A program made the position numbers and the translations under genes. DNA of 64,000 nucleotides from an uncultured Clostridia bacterium (GTDB taxonomy: Bacteria; Acidobacteriota; Aminicenantia; UBA2199): contig CAYXHZ010000003.1 in the NCBI GenBank assembly GCA_964465065.1, positions 9,975-73,974 of the forward strand, read 5' to 3'. The notes under the pieces were generated by a model. That model did no database searches. It was not told the DNA's origin and worked only from the letters and a program-made list of their open reading frames with translations. The stretch's first letter is position 1. The number at the start of each line of letters is the position of its first letter. Shown here in pieces: positions 8,897 to 18,624 of this stretch.

Positions 8897-11602
8897 TTAT
8901 ACCCGCATCTGCGCACCGATAACAAGTCCGCTCATCTCCCCCCAGTTCACGCCGCTTTTCAGATCGACCCTGAGCGGCACCTCCAACCGGGCGACCTGTT
9001 CCATTTCCCGTTTCACCAGCTCGCTCAGGAAAAGCTCTTCATCGGCCGGATACTCGAAGACCAGTTCGTCGTGAACCTGCAGCAGCATACGGCTCCGCCT
9101 GCCCCGAAGCCGGTCGGCGATACGGATCATGGCCAGTTTGATCAGATCGGCCGCCGAGCCCTGAATGATGGTGTTGACAGCCATGCGCTGGCCGTTCTCG
9201 CGCACGCTGCGGTTGGAACTCTGAATTTCCGGGATATCTCGACGCCGACCCAGGAAGGTGGTGACCATGGCCTCCTGCTCGGCCCGGGCCAGCGTGTCGT
9301 CGATGAAACGGCGCACCCCGGCATAGGTGGAAAAGAAACGGTCGATCAGTTCCTTGGCCTCGTTGAAAGATACCCCCAGCTCCTTGCCCAGCGAATAGGC
9401 GCCGGTGCCGTACAGGATGGAAAAGTTGACGATCTTGGCCCGGCGGCGTTTCTCCATCGCGCTCAGGTCGTCACGGCCGGCAAAGACCTGGTCGGCCGTA
9501 TGGCGGTGAATGTCGAGATTGTTCGTGAAGGCCTCGATCAGCGAGGGATCGCGGGCGAAATGGGCCATGACCCGCAGCTCCACCTGAGAATAATCGGCCG
9601 CCAGCAGCTTCAGACCCGGAGCGGCCACGAAAGCCTTGCGCATGGAAATTCCGCCGATCTCGCCGACCGGGATGTTCTGCAAGTTGGGGTTGGAGGAGGA
9701 CAACCGACCGGTGGCCGCCACCGCCTGGTTGTAGGATGTGTGCACCCGGCAATCCCCGTCCAGCTCTTCGGCCAGAGCGACGACGTAGGTCGACAGCAGT
9801 TTCTTGAGGGCCCGGTATTCGATGATCCGGTCGACGATCGGCACACCGGCCAGCTCGGCCAGGACCTCGGTATCGGTGGAATAGGCGCCGGTCTTGCGGG
9901 TTTTTTTTCCGGAAGGCAGGTTCATCTTTTCGAAGAGCAGCTCGCCCAGCTGCTGCGAGGAATTGATGTTGAAGGAAAAACCGGCCAGGCTGCAGATCTC
10001 CAGGGTCAGGCTGTCGATACGCCGGGTCAGGGCCCGCCGCGACAGTTCCAGAAAGGTCTTGTCCACCCGGATACCCAGCGATTCCATATCGGCCAGCACA
10101 CCCAAGAGCGGCATTTCCACGTCCCGGTAGAGAGACTGCAGGCCTTTCTCGGCCAGCGTCGGCGCCAGGAGCTGCACCAGTTTCAGGGCGCACTGCGAAT
10201 CGTCGGCGCAGTACTCGGCGGTTTCGGCCACGGGTACATCCTGCAGCGGACGGCTGCCCTTGCCGCTGCCGGTCAAATCGGCGTAGCTGCGTTGCCTGAT
10301 CTTGAGATATTCGCCGGACATGTCCTTGAGCTGATGGTTGCGCCGGTTGGGGTGCAGCAGGTAGCCCAGAACCATCGAATCGTCGAACTCGCCGCGAACC
10401 GTGAACCCTTTGTGCAACAGGTGGATGAGATCGAACTTGAGGTTGTGACCGGCCTTGGCGATGGCGGGCTCGCCCAGAAGCGGCGCGGTGGCCGTGACCG
10501 CCTGTTCCAGGCTCAGAAACGGACCGTCGGCCGCCGGCCCGGCCAGCGGGATGTAGAAACGGCCGGATTCGCCGACCATGGACAAACCGATCAACCGGGC
10601 CGCATGGGGACGCAGATCGCTGGTCTCGACATCGACGCCGATGCGCGGCTCTGTACGCAGGGCGGCCTGCATGGCGGCCACATCGTCCGGATTGCGCACG
10701 ATAAGCGTGTGCCCGACGGGCCTGACGGGCTCCTGTTCGTCAACTTCGGTCTCGATCCCCAGGCGGGTGGCCAAGCTGCTGAATGCCAGCCGCTCGAGCA
10801 GCGGTGCCAGGGCCTGGCGCGGAGCCGGATCGAAGCCGGGAACCGTTTGCGTGAACGGCGGCAGGGCGGCAGGCGACAGGTCCACCAGACGGCGCGACAG
10901 GCGCAGTGACTCCAGGTTCTGGGCCACTTTCAGCAGCAGCTTGTCTTTGCTTTCCAGCACGGCGGCCGCAATCAGGCTGTCCAGGCTGGCAAACCGGTCG
11001 AGCAGCTTCTGGGCGCTCTTCTCGCCGATACCCGGAACGCCGGCGATGTTGTCGGAACTGTCCCCGCACAGCGCCAGGAAATCGACAATGCGATCGGGCC
11101 TGACTCCGTACAGGTCGTGGATCCCCCGTTCGTCCAGCAGAGTTTTCTCTTTGGGATGGTAGACCCGGACGCCCGGTCCGACCAGCTGGAACAGGTCCTT
11201 GTCGGCCGTAAAGATGATCGCTTCACCACCTGCCTGCCGCTGACGGTGGGTCAGGGCGGCGATGATGTCGTCGCCCTCGACGCCGGGCTGACGCAGGAGC
11301 GGTATGTTCCGCAGCTGCAGGTATTCCTCGATCAAAGGCAGTTGCCGGATCAATTCCTCGGGCGGGGCATCCCGTTTGGCCTTGTACTGGGGCAGCAGCT
11401 GGTGACGGAAGGTTTTCTCGCGGGAATCGAAGGCCACCACCACCTGGCCGGGACTCAGCTCGTCGAGCATGGCCTCGACCCGGCTGATGAAGCCGAAAAC
11501 CGCCCCGGTCGGGACACCGCCCATGGTCCGCATCTGCGGGTTGGCGTAAAAGGAACTGAACGTCAGGTACATGCCGTCGATCAGCAGCAGGGGGTGCGTC
11601 AT
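8897..11602 (-). CDS. polA: DNA polymerase I
   Basis: 5'-exonuclease (LLLIDG, VEGDDII, GVPGIGEKSA), 3'-5' exonuclease (DVETS, HNLKFD, YCADD), polymerase (TGRLSSSNPNLQNIP, ADYSQVELR, LLQVHDEL). Confidence 0.98.
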   Translation of the reverse strand: MTHPLLLIDGMYLTFSSFYANPQMRTMGGVPTGAVFGFISRVEAMLDELSPGQVVVAFDSREKTFRHQLLPQYKAKRDAPPEELIRQLPLIEEYLQLRNIPLLRQPGVEGDDIIAALTHRQRQAGGEAIIFTADKDLFQLVGPGVRVYHPKEKTLLDERGIHDLYGVRPDRIVDFLALCGDSSDNIAGVPGIGEKSAQKLLDRFASLDSLIAAAVLESKDKLLLKVAQNLESLRLSRRLVDLSPAALPPFTQTVPGFDPAPRQALAPLLERLAFSSLATRLGIETEVDEQEPVRPVGHTLIVRNPDDVAAMQAALRTEPRIGVDVETSDLRPHAARLIGLSMVGESGRFYIPLAGPAADGPFLSLEQAVTATAPLLGEPAIAKAGHNLKFDLIHLLHKGFTVRGEFDDSMVLGYLLHPNRRNHQLKDMSGEYLKIRQRSYADLTGSGKGSRPLQDVPVAETAEYCADDSQCALKLVQLLAPTLAEKGLQSLYRDVEMPLLGVLADMESLGIRVDKTFLELSRRALTRRIDSLTLEICSLAGFSFNINSSQQLGELLFEKMNLPSGKKTRKTGAYSTDTEVLAELAGVPIVDRIIEYRALKKLLSTYVVALAEELDGDCRVHTSYNQAVAATGRLSSSNPNLQNIPVGEIGGISMRKAFVAAPGLKLLAADYSQVELRVMAHFARDPSLIEAFTNNLDIHRHTADQVFAGRDDLSAMEKRRRAKIVNFSILYGTGAYSLGKELGVSFNEAKELIDRFFSTYAGVRRFIDDTLARAEQEAMVTTFLGRRRDIPEIQSSNRSVRENGQRMAVNTIIQGSAADLIKLAMIRIADRLRGRRSRMLLQVHDELVFEYPADEELFLSELVKREMEQVARLEVPLRVDLKSGVNWGEMSGLVIGAQMRV

Positions 11603-11651
11603 TTCGGCCTCCGGAAGAAAGATTCGCGAAAGAATGGGCTGGCGAGAAGGG

Positions 11652-11981
11652 TCAGCTGTTTTCCATCAGGTAATCGAGCACCATTTCGTCCAGGGTCTGC
11701 TCATCCATCATCTGCGTGTCCATGGACAGAAGATGCATGAACTTGCCGCCCTTCAACTCGCCGATCACCTGGTCATGCTGGGTTTTCATCATCGATTTGA
11801 TGCGTTTGCGCAAATCTGTCTTGTCCATCAGATGACCGTAGGACACCCGTCTGGAAAGCAGAATCTCGCCATTGTGGTAAACCAGGGTTTCAATGGTCGG
11901 ATTGTTCTCCCCTTTATCCTCGGTCTGGATATGGAAGACCTCGTTGCGGTACTTGATGTCTGTATTGAAGCCGACAATCAT
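11652..11981 (-). CDS. Conserved-looking hypothetical protein (109 aa)
   Basis: MIVGFNTDIKYRNEVFHIQTEDKG...; resembles a small family I recall from Acidobacteria/Myxococcota (GFNTN...FHVQTED); directly upstream of polA. Confidence 0.75.
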   Translation of the reverse strand: MIVGFNTDIKYRNEVFHIQTEDKGENNPTIETLVYHNGEILLSRRVSYGHLMDKTDLRKRIKSMMKTQHDQVIGELKGGKFMHLLSMDTQMMDEQTLDEMVLDYLMENS

Positions 11982-11987
11982 GGTTCT

Positions 11988-12016
11988 ATGATAAAAAAAA
12001 CCGCTTGAACTGTCAA
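11988..12016 (-). promoter_or_regulatory. Sigma70 promoter, probably producing a leaderless mRNA
   Basis: Minus strand TTGACA-N17-TATCAT, then 6 nt (AGAACC), then ATG 11981. Confidence 0.7.
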
Positions 12017-12122
12017 GCGTGCTCGAAAACTGCATGTTCCGGGTGGAAACGGGAACCCGACCGACGGCGGATCCGTTATAATACCGGTGGCGGCCGCAGC
12101 GATTGCGGCAGGAGGTATACAC

Positions 12123-12314
12123 ATGATCACATTGCTGGTTTGGCTGTTCGTTCTGTTTTTCTGTTGGCCCATCGCCCTCCTGGCGCTGATCCTGTACCCG
12201 ATCTTCTGGCTGCTGCTGCTGCCCTTCCGCCTGCTGGGTATCGCCGTCGACGGCGTTTTTTCCTTTCTGAACGCGCTGTTGCACCTGCCGGCCCGCCTGC
12301 TGGGAGGACGGTAG
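12123..12314 (+). CDS. Small hydrophobic membrane protein (63 aa)
   Basis: AGGAGGT SD and upstream TATAAT (12077-12082); highly hydrophobic (LFFCWPIALLALILYPIFWLLLLPFRLLG). Confidence 0.75.
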   Translation: MITLLVWLFVLFFCWPIALLALILYPIFWLLLLPFRLLGIAVDGVFSFLNALLHLPARLLGGR

Positions 12315-12341
12315 AATCCGTAGCTCGTTCGACAGCCGCCG

Positions 12342-13220
12342 CTACAGGTAGATGATGTAGGCGAACAGGCCCAGCCAGACCAGGGCGTTGGCCAGAAACG
12401 GCAGGTCGGAAAAGAGCACCTGGGCCGGATTTTCACCCATCTGACGTTCGATGGTCAAATACAGGTAACGGAACAGACCGAAGCAGACGAACGGCACCGT
12501 CCAGAACAGGGCGTCGGCGGCGACGAACTTGGCCTGAGTCTGCGGCAGGGTGATGAAGATCATGTAGCCGAGCAAGGTGGCTGTGGTGGCGATGGTGATC
12601 AGCTGGTTGAGCAATTCGATGCTGTACTCTTCCAGGGTCTGACGGCTCCGCTGGACCTTGCTGTCCCGGCCCATGCGCACCAGTTCGGAGCGCCGTTTGG
12701 CCAGACCGAGCAAAACCGCCAGGGTGAAGGTCATCAGCAGAATCCAGGGCGTGACCTCGATATGGTTGACCGCGCCGCCGATCAGCACCCGTAAAATGAA
12801 GCCCATGGCGATGATCATGACATCGATGATCACCACCCGTTTGAGCACCAGGCAATAGAACACGTTCAGAGCGGCGTAGGCCAGAAAATACTGCCAGGCC
12901 GCCGGAAAGAATCTCCAGGCAGCCAGCAGCGCCAGAGTCGCCAGCAGCAGACTGATCAGCGCCGCCGTTTTCTTGGGCAGACGACCGCTGGCTATGGGCC
13001 GGAAACGTTTGATCGGGTGGGCCTGGTCATGACGGAAATCGATCAGGTCGTTGAATATGTAGACCGCGCTGCACAGGACGGAAAACAGGCCGACCACGGC
13101 AGAAGTGCGCAGCAGCATGCCGGAGTGCAGCAGATTGTGCGAGAACAGCAGCGGAGCGACGATAAAACCGTTTTTGACCCACTGCAGGGGACGCAAAGAC
13201 TTGACAATCGCCATCAGCAC
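12342..13220 (-). CDS. UbiA-family prenyl-phosphate phosphoribosyltransferase (DPPR-synthase-like)
   Basis: LRPLQWVKN, YIFNDLIDFRHDQAHPIKRFRPIASG, KRVVIIDV, GFILRVLIGG, LAKRRSEL, MGENPAQV. Confidence 0.88.
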   Translation of the reverse strand: MLMAIVKSLRPLQWVKNGFIVAPLLFSHNLLHSGMLLRTSAVVGLFSVLCSAVYIFNDLIDFRHDQAHPIKRFRPIASGRLPKKTAALISLLLATLALLAAWRFFPAAWQYFLAYAALNVFYCLVLKRVVIIDVMIIAMGFILRVLIGGAVNHIEVTPWILLMTFTLAVLLGLAKRRSELVRMGRDSKVQRSRQTLEEYSIELLNQLITIATTATLLGYMIFITLPQTQAKFVAADALFWTVPFVCFGLFRYLYLTIERQMGENPAQVLFSDLPFLANALVWLGLFAYIIYL

Positions 13221-13234
13221 GAATCACCTCTCTC

Positions 13235-15325
13235 TCATCGCAGTACCCGGATATCCAGCCGGGTCGGCCTGGGACAACGAATTTTCAACACCAGTTCCCG
13301 TCCGTTCGGAACAGGCTCCGTTTTCCAGGAAAGATCCATTCGGCCCGCACATGGCAGCCGGCAGGGCGGACCGTCGGCGAGCGACCATTCCAGCCACTCG
13401 CACCCGCTGCCCAGTATTTTAACTTGTATCCGGCCGCCCAGCAACTGCCCTCGCGAGAAAGTTCGCAGAAAAACCGTCTGCGCCTGCGCATCGACGACCC
13501 GGTATAGCGACTCGCTCCCGTTCTGGTACAGCGGTTGCAACCAGGCGTCCAGGCGCTGTGTCATGGCCCGGATATCGCCGATGAGCGGCGAACCGGCACC
13601 GTAATATTCATTCAGCCAATCCCAATGGATGGCCAGATGGCTCAGTGCATGCCCGTCGATCAGCCGACGCAGGGAATTCTCATCCAGACGGCCATGGTCG
13701 ATCAGTTTGTGCAACTCCGGGTAATAGGCGGTCGGGGTATGGCTGGTACGGCCGCCGATCAGCGTCAGGTTGTGAAAAACCTGGTTGACCATGTAGCGGG
13801 CGTTCTGCACCTCGCCGAATTCGTCCCGGTAGGCAGGCAGGGCCAGCAGGCTGCCCCGTTCTTCTTTGGCGATGCTCCGATAGATTTCGGTCCGCAGCGG
13901 CAGCCGGCCCAGATGATCGAACTGGTTGCTGTAATAATGTTCGACGGTCATCAGCAGGGCCGAAACGGCCAGGAGAATGTGGATGACACGCCGTGTCGCT
14001 CCTCTGGCGGCCAGCATGCGCAGTCCGCTGGCGGCCATGATCAGCAGCAACGGCAGCAGCAGCGGAAAAATACGGTCGACGGCCCGCAGACCCCGGAAAC
14101 CGGGCGCATGTTCCCAGATCAGGCGGTACAGCGAAAAGCGGGCCTGCGGGTCCCAGTGCGGCAGCCCCCACAGCAGCAGCAGAAAGCCGGCGCAGGCCCA
14201 GGCCGAGTATCGGCTCCAGAAATCGGTTTTCCGGTTTACCCGGAACAGAAAGAGCAGAGCCAGAACGACCAGCAGCGTCAAGGTCAGCCAGTCGAGCCAG
14301 ACGGGCGAAACGAAAAACAACACGGCCGCCGCCGCCGTCAGCGCCAGCAGCAGACTCCAGACCGGCCAGATTTTCGTCCCCCAGGCCGTAAAGAAAAAAA
14401 ACAGGAGCATGGCCAAACCGATGCCCAGATACAGACTGTGGCCGGTGATGGCGGCCGCGGGGAAAAAACCGTGCAGCAGATGACTGTAGCAGAACAGATC
14501 CCCGGCTCCCAGCAAATGAGCGGGATCAAAGCCGCTAGCCGCCTGCACCTGCCGTCCTCTATCGAGCAGCGGCCAATAGATTGTCAGAATCAGCGGCACC
14601 GATGCGGCGAACGGCAGCAGCAGGCTGAAAACACGGCGGATTTCCGAACGGTGGGCGGCCAGGAGCGCAATCAGCAGCGGTGCCAGCAGAAACAGGTAGA
14701 AATGGATCCCGTAATACTCGCAGGCCGCAAACAGCATGACGCTGCACAGGGCGGCCAGCCACCCGTCCGACCACGAAGGCTTGCGGTGCCAGCGCACCAG
14801 GAACAGCAGACAGAAAGGCAGCCAGAAGACGGACAGAAAATTGAGCCAGATGAAGTGGACCGCGTTCAGTCCCCAGACCAGGGTGAAAAAGGCTAGAACC
14901 AGGGCGACGGCCCGTGAGGCTTTCAGGCTGCGCAGCAGCAGAAAATTTCCCAGGGCGTTGAGGTAGAGCGCGCTGACCAGGTACAGGCTGTGGCTCGTGC
15001 CCAGATCGAATCCCAGCAGGGCGAACAGCTTGAAGAAGGGGTAGAGTCCGAGCAGCGGGTGCCCATAGGCCAGCATGCCCGGCAGAGGCTGGAAGACCGG
15101 CAGCTCGTACAGGTGGGCCCAGTCGGTTTTGAGCAGATGAGCGATAACGCCCCAGATATAGTTCAAATCGGCGTGACCGGCGAAAGGCACTCTGTCGCCG
15201 AAAGCGGCGAACAGAGCCGGATAGAGCAGCGGAATGGCCAGCAGCAGCGCCAGCGGCGCCAGCAGACGGCGCAGCCAGGGCTTTTCGGTCGACAGCAAGC
15301 GAGTAAGGGCTGAACGCATGGCCAT
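13235..15325 (-). CDS. Large polytopic membrane protein, putative GT-C-type glycosyltransferase (YfhO-like)
   Basis: About 12 hydrophobic segments, early acidic loop (GHADLNYIW), PGFRGLRAVDR, and NARYM...HNLTLIGGRTS periplasmic C-terminal domain. Confidence 0.55.
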   Translation of the reverse strand: MAMRSALTRLLSTEKPWLRRLLAPLALLLAIPLLYPALFAAFGDRVPFAGHADLNYIWGVIAHLLKTDWAHLYELPVFQPLPGMLAYGHPLLGLYPFFKLFALLGFDLGTSHSLYLVSALYLNALGNFLLLRSLKASRAVALVLAFFTLVWGLNAVHFIWLNFLSVFWLPFCLLFLVRWHRKPSWSDGWLAALCSVMLFAACEYYGIHFYLFLLAPLLIALLAAHRSEIRRVFSLLLPFAASVPLILTIYWPLLDRGRQVQAASGFDPAHLLGAGDLFCYSHLLHGFFPAAAITGHSLYLGIGLAMLLFFFFTAWGTKIWPVWSLLLALTAAAAVLFFVSPVWLDWLTLTLLVVLALLFLFRVNRKTDFWSRYSAWACAGFLLLLWGLPHWDPQARFSLYRLIWEHAPGFRGLRAVDRIFPLLLPLLLIMAASGLRMLAARGATRRVIHILLAVSALLMTVEHYYSNQFDHLGRLPLRTEIYRSIAKEERGSLLALPAYRDEFGEVQNARYMVNQVFHNLTLIGGRTSHTPTAYYPELHKLIDHGRLDENSLRRLIDGHALSHLAIHWDWLNEYYGAGSPLIGDIRAMTQRLDAWLQPLYQNGSESLYRVVDAQAQTVFLRTFSRGQLLGGRIQVKILGSGCEWLEWSLADGPPCRLPCAGRMDLSWKTEPVPNGRELVLKIRCPRPTRLDIRVLR

Positions 15326-15476
15326 ACCTTACCATTGCGAGGCCCGCCAAGACAAGAGACGGAATCGTTTGTGCGGGCAATCGGCACGATTTTTTCGCTG
15401 CCCGTTCCACGGTTTCAGCAGGATTCCTGACGATCCGCTCTGTGTATTCCCGGTAAAACCATGTATAAACAATACC

Positions 15477-16313
15477 ATGAGACTGATCACCCTCGGACCG
15501 GACAAGAAAGTGTCGTCACGTCACCGCCTGCGCTGCCGTTACCCGGTGCTGCTGGTGCACGGATTGAGCCTGCGCGACGATCTGCCGCTGCTGCGCTACT
15601 GGGGACGCCTGCCGGGATACCTGCGCAGCCAGGGCGTCAAGGTTCACCTGAGCCGCCACGATGCCTGGGCATCGGTGCCGGAAAACGCGTTGGCCCTCAA
15701 GAAACGCATCGAGGAACTGCAGCGGAGCGAAGACTGTGCCAAAGTCAACCTGATCGCCCACTCCAAAGGCGGAATCGAGAGCCGCCTGGCCGTGCACCTC
15801 TTCGACGGAGCGCCGCCGGTAGCCAGCGTCAGCACCATCGCCACCCCGCACCGGGGTGCCGCCCTGGCCGACTGGCTGCTGAAATTCAAACCGGCCAAGA
15901 ACGAAAAGCTACACCAGGCACTCAACCTGTTCGGCCGCCTGATCGGCGACCGCTCCCCCGACAGCCTGATGGCGCTGAGCCAGCTGACCGGCGAGTTCAT
16001 GTCCGAATTCAACCGGCTTACCCCGGATCATCCGGATGTGTATTACCAGAGTGTGGCCAGCCGCCTCCACAAACCGGTTTTCGACCCGCTGTTCATCGTC
16101 TCGCACCGCCTGCTGATGGAACTGGAAGGGGACAACGACGGCGTGGTCGGCACGGAAAACTGCCGCTGGGGCGATTCCTTTCAGCTCTGGGGAGAAGAGA
16201 AGGGCCTGTCCCACATCGATGTCTGCGACATGTCCGGCTTCAAACGACGCGGCTTCGATATCCTGAGGGCCTACGCCAAGCTGCTGGGATCCCTCGGTAA
16301 GCGCGGCTTTTGA
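15477..16313 (+). CDS. Alpha/beta-hydrolase lipase/esterase
   Basis: YPVLLVHGL oxyanion motif, AHSKGG nucleophile elbow, TIATPHRG, NDGVV, HID; no obvious signal peptide. Confidence 0.88.
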   Translation: MRLITLGPDKKVSSRHRLRCRYPVLLVHGLSLRDDLPLLRYWGRLPGYLRSQGVKVHLSRHDAWASVPENALALKKRIEELQRSEDCAKVNLIAHSKGGIESRLAVHLFDGAPPVASVSTIATPHRGAALADWLLKFKPAKNEKLHQALNLFGRLIGDRSPDSLMALSQLTGEFMSEFNRLTPDHPDVYYQSVASRLHKPVFDPLFIVSHRLLMELEGDNDGVVGTENCRWGDSFQLWGEEKGLSHIDVCDMSGFKRRGFDILRAYAKLLGSLGKRGF

Positions 16314-16317
16314 CCGC

Positions 16318-17619
16318 TTACGCCCTCCGGCTCCGGTGCGGAAAGGCGGCTCGCGGCGCCGGCCGGCCGCGGAACTGGGTCTGCGGTTCCTCGGCAGGGG
16401 CGGCCCGTCTGGCCGATTCGGAATGGTAGCCGTGCTGGGTATCGACCGTCACCGGGCGGCGGATGAAACGTTCGATCCGGCTCAGGTAACCCCGTTCGGC
16501 GGCCGTGCAGAAGGAAATGGCCTGTCCACCGGCTCCGGCCCGGGCGGTACGGCCGATGCGGTGCACATAGGTTTCGGCCTCGATGGGCAGATCGTAGTTG
16601 ATGACATGGGAAATTCCGTCCACATCGATGCCCCGGGCGGCGATGTCGGTGGCCACCAGCACCCGGATCCGTCCCTGCTTGAAATTGGCCAGGGCCTCGG
16701 TACGAGCGTTCTGACTCTTGTTGCCGTGAATGGCCACGGCCTGGATGCCGTGGTCGGCCAGTTTTTTCACCACCCGGTTGGCCATGTGCTTCATCTGGGT
16801 GAAGACGATGACCCGTTCGCAGTCGCGCCCGTCGAGAAGCGATGACAGCAGGGCATCCTTGTCGCTTTTTTCCACAAAGAGAACCCGCTGACCGATGCGG
16901 TCCACGGTCGGGGCTTCGGGGGTGATGCGGATGGTGACGGCATCCCGGACCAGAGTGCGGGCCAGGGCGGCCACTTCCGCCTCGATGGTCGCTGAAAAGA
17001 ACAGGGATTGACGACGCGCCGGCAATTTGGCGATCACCTTGCGCACATCGGGCAGAAAACCCATGTCCAGCATGCGGTCGGCCTCGTCGAGAACGAAGAT
17101 CTCGACGGTCCCCAGGTCGATGTAGCCCTGCTGGATCAGATCCAGCAGCCGGCCGGGTGTGGCCACCAGGATATCGACTCCGCCACGCAGGGCGCTGATC
17201 TGGGCGGCCTGACCGACGCCTCCGAAAATGACGGCATGGCTGTGCCGGAGGTACCGGCCGTAGACGCGGATGCTGTCGTCGATCTGGGCGGCCAGTTCAC
17301 GGGTCGGCGCCAGGATCAGCACCCGGGGGTGCTTGGCCAGCGCCGGTTTCCGGTTCGAGGTCAGATACTGCAGAATCGGCAGAGTGAAGGCCGCGGTTTT
17401 ACCGGTTCCGGTCTGGGCGCAGCCGATCAGGTCCCGGCCGGCCAAAAGGTGGGGAATGGCCTGTTCCTGAATTGGAGTCGGCTTCTGATAGCCCTCTTGG
17501 GTTACGGCCTGCTGCAATTGCGGCAGCAGCCGGGAAAAGGATCCGGAGAGTTGCGGAATGACGTTGCGAGAAATGGAGCCGGTTTGTCTGGTTTTTGCGG
17601 CAGATTCAGAAAAATTCAT
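16318..17619 (-). CDS. rhlE: DEAD-box RNA helicase (RhlE-like)
   Basis: Q motif PTPIQ, AQTGTGKT, PTRELA, LDEAD, FSAT, ATDIAARGID, YVHRIGRTARAG. Confidence 0.93.
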   Translation of the reverse strand: MNFSESAAKTRQTGSISRNVIPQLSGSFSRLLPQLQQAVTQEGYQKPTPIQEQAIPHLLAGRDLIGCAQTGTGKTAAFTLPILQYLTSNRKPALAKHPRVLILAPTRELAAQIDDSIRVYGRYLRHSHAVIFGGVGQAAQISALRGGVDILVATPGRLLDLIQQGYIDLGTVEIFVLDEADRMLDMGFLPDVRKVIAKLPARRQSLFFSATIEAEVAALARTLVRDAVTIRITPEAPTVDRIGQRVLFVEKSDKDALLSSLLDGRDCERVIVFTQMKHMANRVVKKLADHGIQAVAIHGNKSQNARTEALANFKQGRIRVLVATDIAARGIDVDGISHVINYDLPIEAETYVHRIGRTARAGAGGQAISFCTAAERGYLSRIERFIRRPVTVDTQHGYHSESARRAAPAEEPQTQFRGRPAPRAAFPHRSRRA

Positions 17620-17791
17620 AAAAAATCCTTATGTCGTTAAATTTGTTCCCGCCTGTTTGTGAAATGATGAAACGATGCAAAAATCCGATGTCGTATCGAA
17701 TATCGACCAGGCCAGGGGCCCGGTGTCATAGTTCATGTATTCCCTGTTGAAGCGATTGCCATACGGCAAGGCCCACGGGCTCAACGAAATC

Positions 17792-17820
17792 ACTATACGC
17801 CGGATCGGGGCGGGTGTCAA
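17792..17820 (-). promoter_or_regulatory. Sigma70 promoter for the DEAD-box helicase
   Basis: Minus strand TTGACA (17815-17820)-N17-TATAGT (17792-17797). Confidence 0.7.
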
Positions 17821-17992
17821 GGAAGAGGAGAAGTGGACAAAAAATGGACGGAAGTGGACAAAGAGAAGAAGTGGACGAGGAGTGGACGAAGAGATCGCTC
17901 AGTTTTTCTTTACGTCCACTTCTCTCTGTCCACTTCTTTTTCCAGTCCACTTCACTCCGTCCACTCCCGTCCACTTCTTCTCCTCCTAGACA
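17815..17992. repeat. Palindromic array (left element): five (G/A)TGGAC units followed by five GTCCAC units
   Basis: Purine-rich arm then pyrimidine-rich arm; termini 17815-17838 and 17969-17992 are inverted repeats matching at 21/24. Confidence 0.92.
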
Positions 17993-18015
17993 AACAATCA
18001 ATCACTCCCTATAAT
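17987..18015 (+). promoter_or_regulatory. Sigma70 promoter for the four-helix-bundle gene
   Basis: TAGACA (17987-17992)-N17-TATAAT (18010-18015), GGAGG SD before ATG 18043. Confidence 0.7.
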
Positions 18016-18042
18016 GTTACTATTGTTTTCATAGGAGGGGTC

Positions 18043-18624
18043 ATGCCGGAAAAGATCCTGGGTGCCCACGGAGGCTACCGTCAACTGAAAAGTTTTCAAC
18101 TGGCCCGGCTCGTTTACGATCTGACCGTGGACTTCTGCAACAACCATGTCAGCCGCTTCAGCCGCACCCGGGACCAGATGATCCAGGCCGCCCGGAGCGG
18201 CGTGCAGAACATTGCCGAAGGCAGTCTGGCCGCGGCCGCCTCTACCAAAACGGAAATCCGGCTCACCCAGGTGGCCCGCGCCAGCCTGGAAGAGCTCAAG
18301 CTGGATTATGAAGACTTTCTGAGACAGAACGAGCTCGAGCCATGGCCCAGAAACCATCTTTTCAGACAGACCCTCATCGATCGCCGTTACCGTCACTCCA
18401 GAGATGTCCTCGACTGGATCGCGGAGATTACAGAAAAAACAGCTCAGCATGGGCTAACTTCCCCGCCGGTTGCGCTGACTTACGCCAATGCCGTTCTGAC
18501 TTTGATCCATGTCGCCTGCTTTCTTCTCGACCGCCAGGTGGCGGCATTGGCGCGGCGCTTCGAACGGGAAGGCGGGTTCAGCGAACGGCTGTATCGGATC
18601 AGGAGGGAGAAGAGACGGGGGTGA
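18043..18624 (+). CDS. Four-helix-bundle protein with suffix domain (23S rRNA IVP / Avd-like superfamily)
   Basis: GGYRQLKSFQ, RTRDQMIQAARSGVQNIAEGS, ARASLEELKLDYEDFLRQ and C-terminal FEREGGFSERLYRIR. Confidence 0.88.
   Translation: MPEKILGAHGGYRQLKSFQLARLVYDLTVDFCNNHVSRFSRTRDQMIQAARSGVQNIAEGSLAAAASTKTEIRLTQVARASLEELKLDYEDFLRQNELEPWPRNHLFRQTLIDRRYRHSRDVLDWIAEITEKTAQHGLTSPPVALTYANAVLTLIHVACFLLDRQVAALARRFEREGGFSERLYRIRREKRRG

Noticed and set aside
18043-18624. Diversity-generating retroelement (Avd-like gene)
   Set aside because: No reverse transcriptase and no TR/VR pair differing at adenines found in the window
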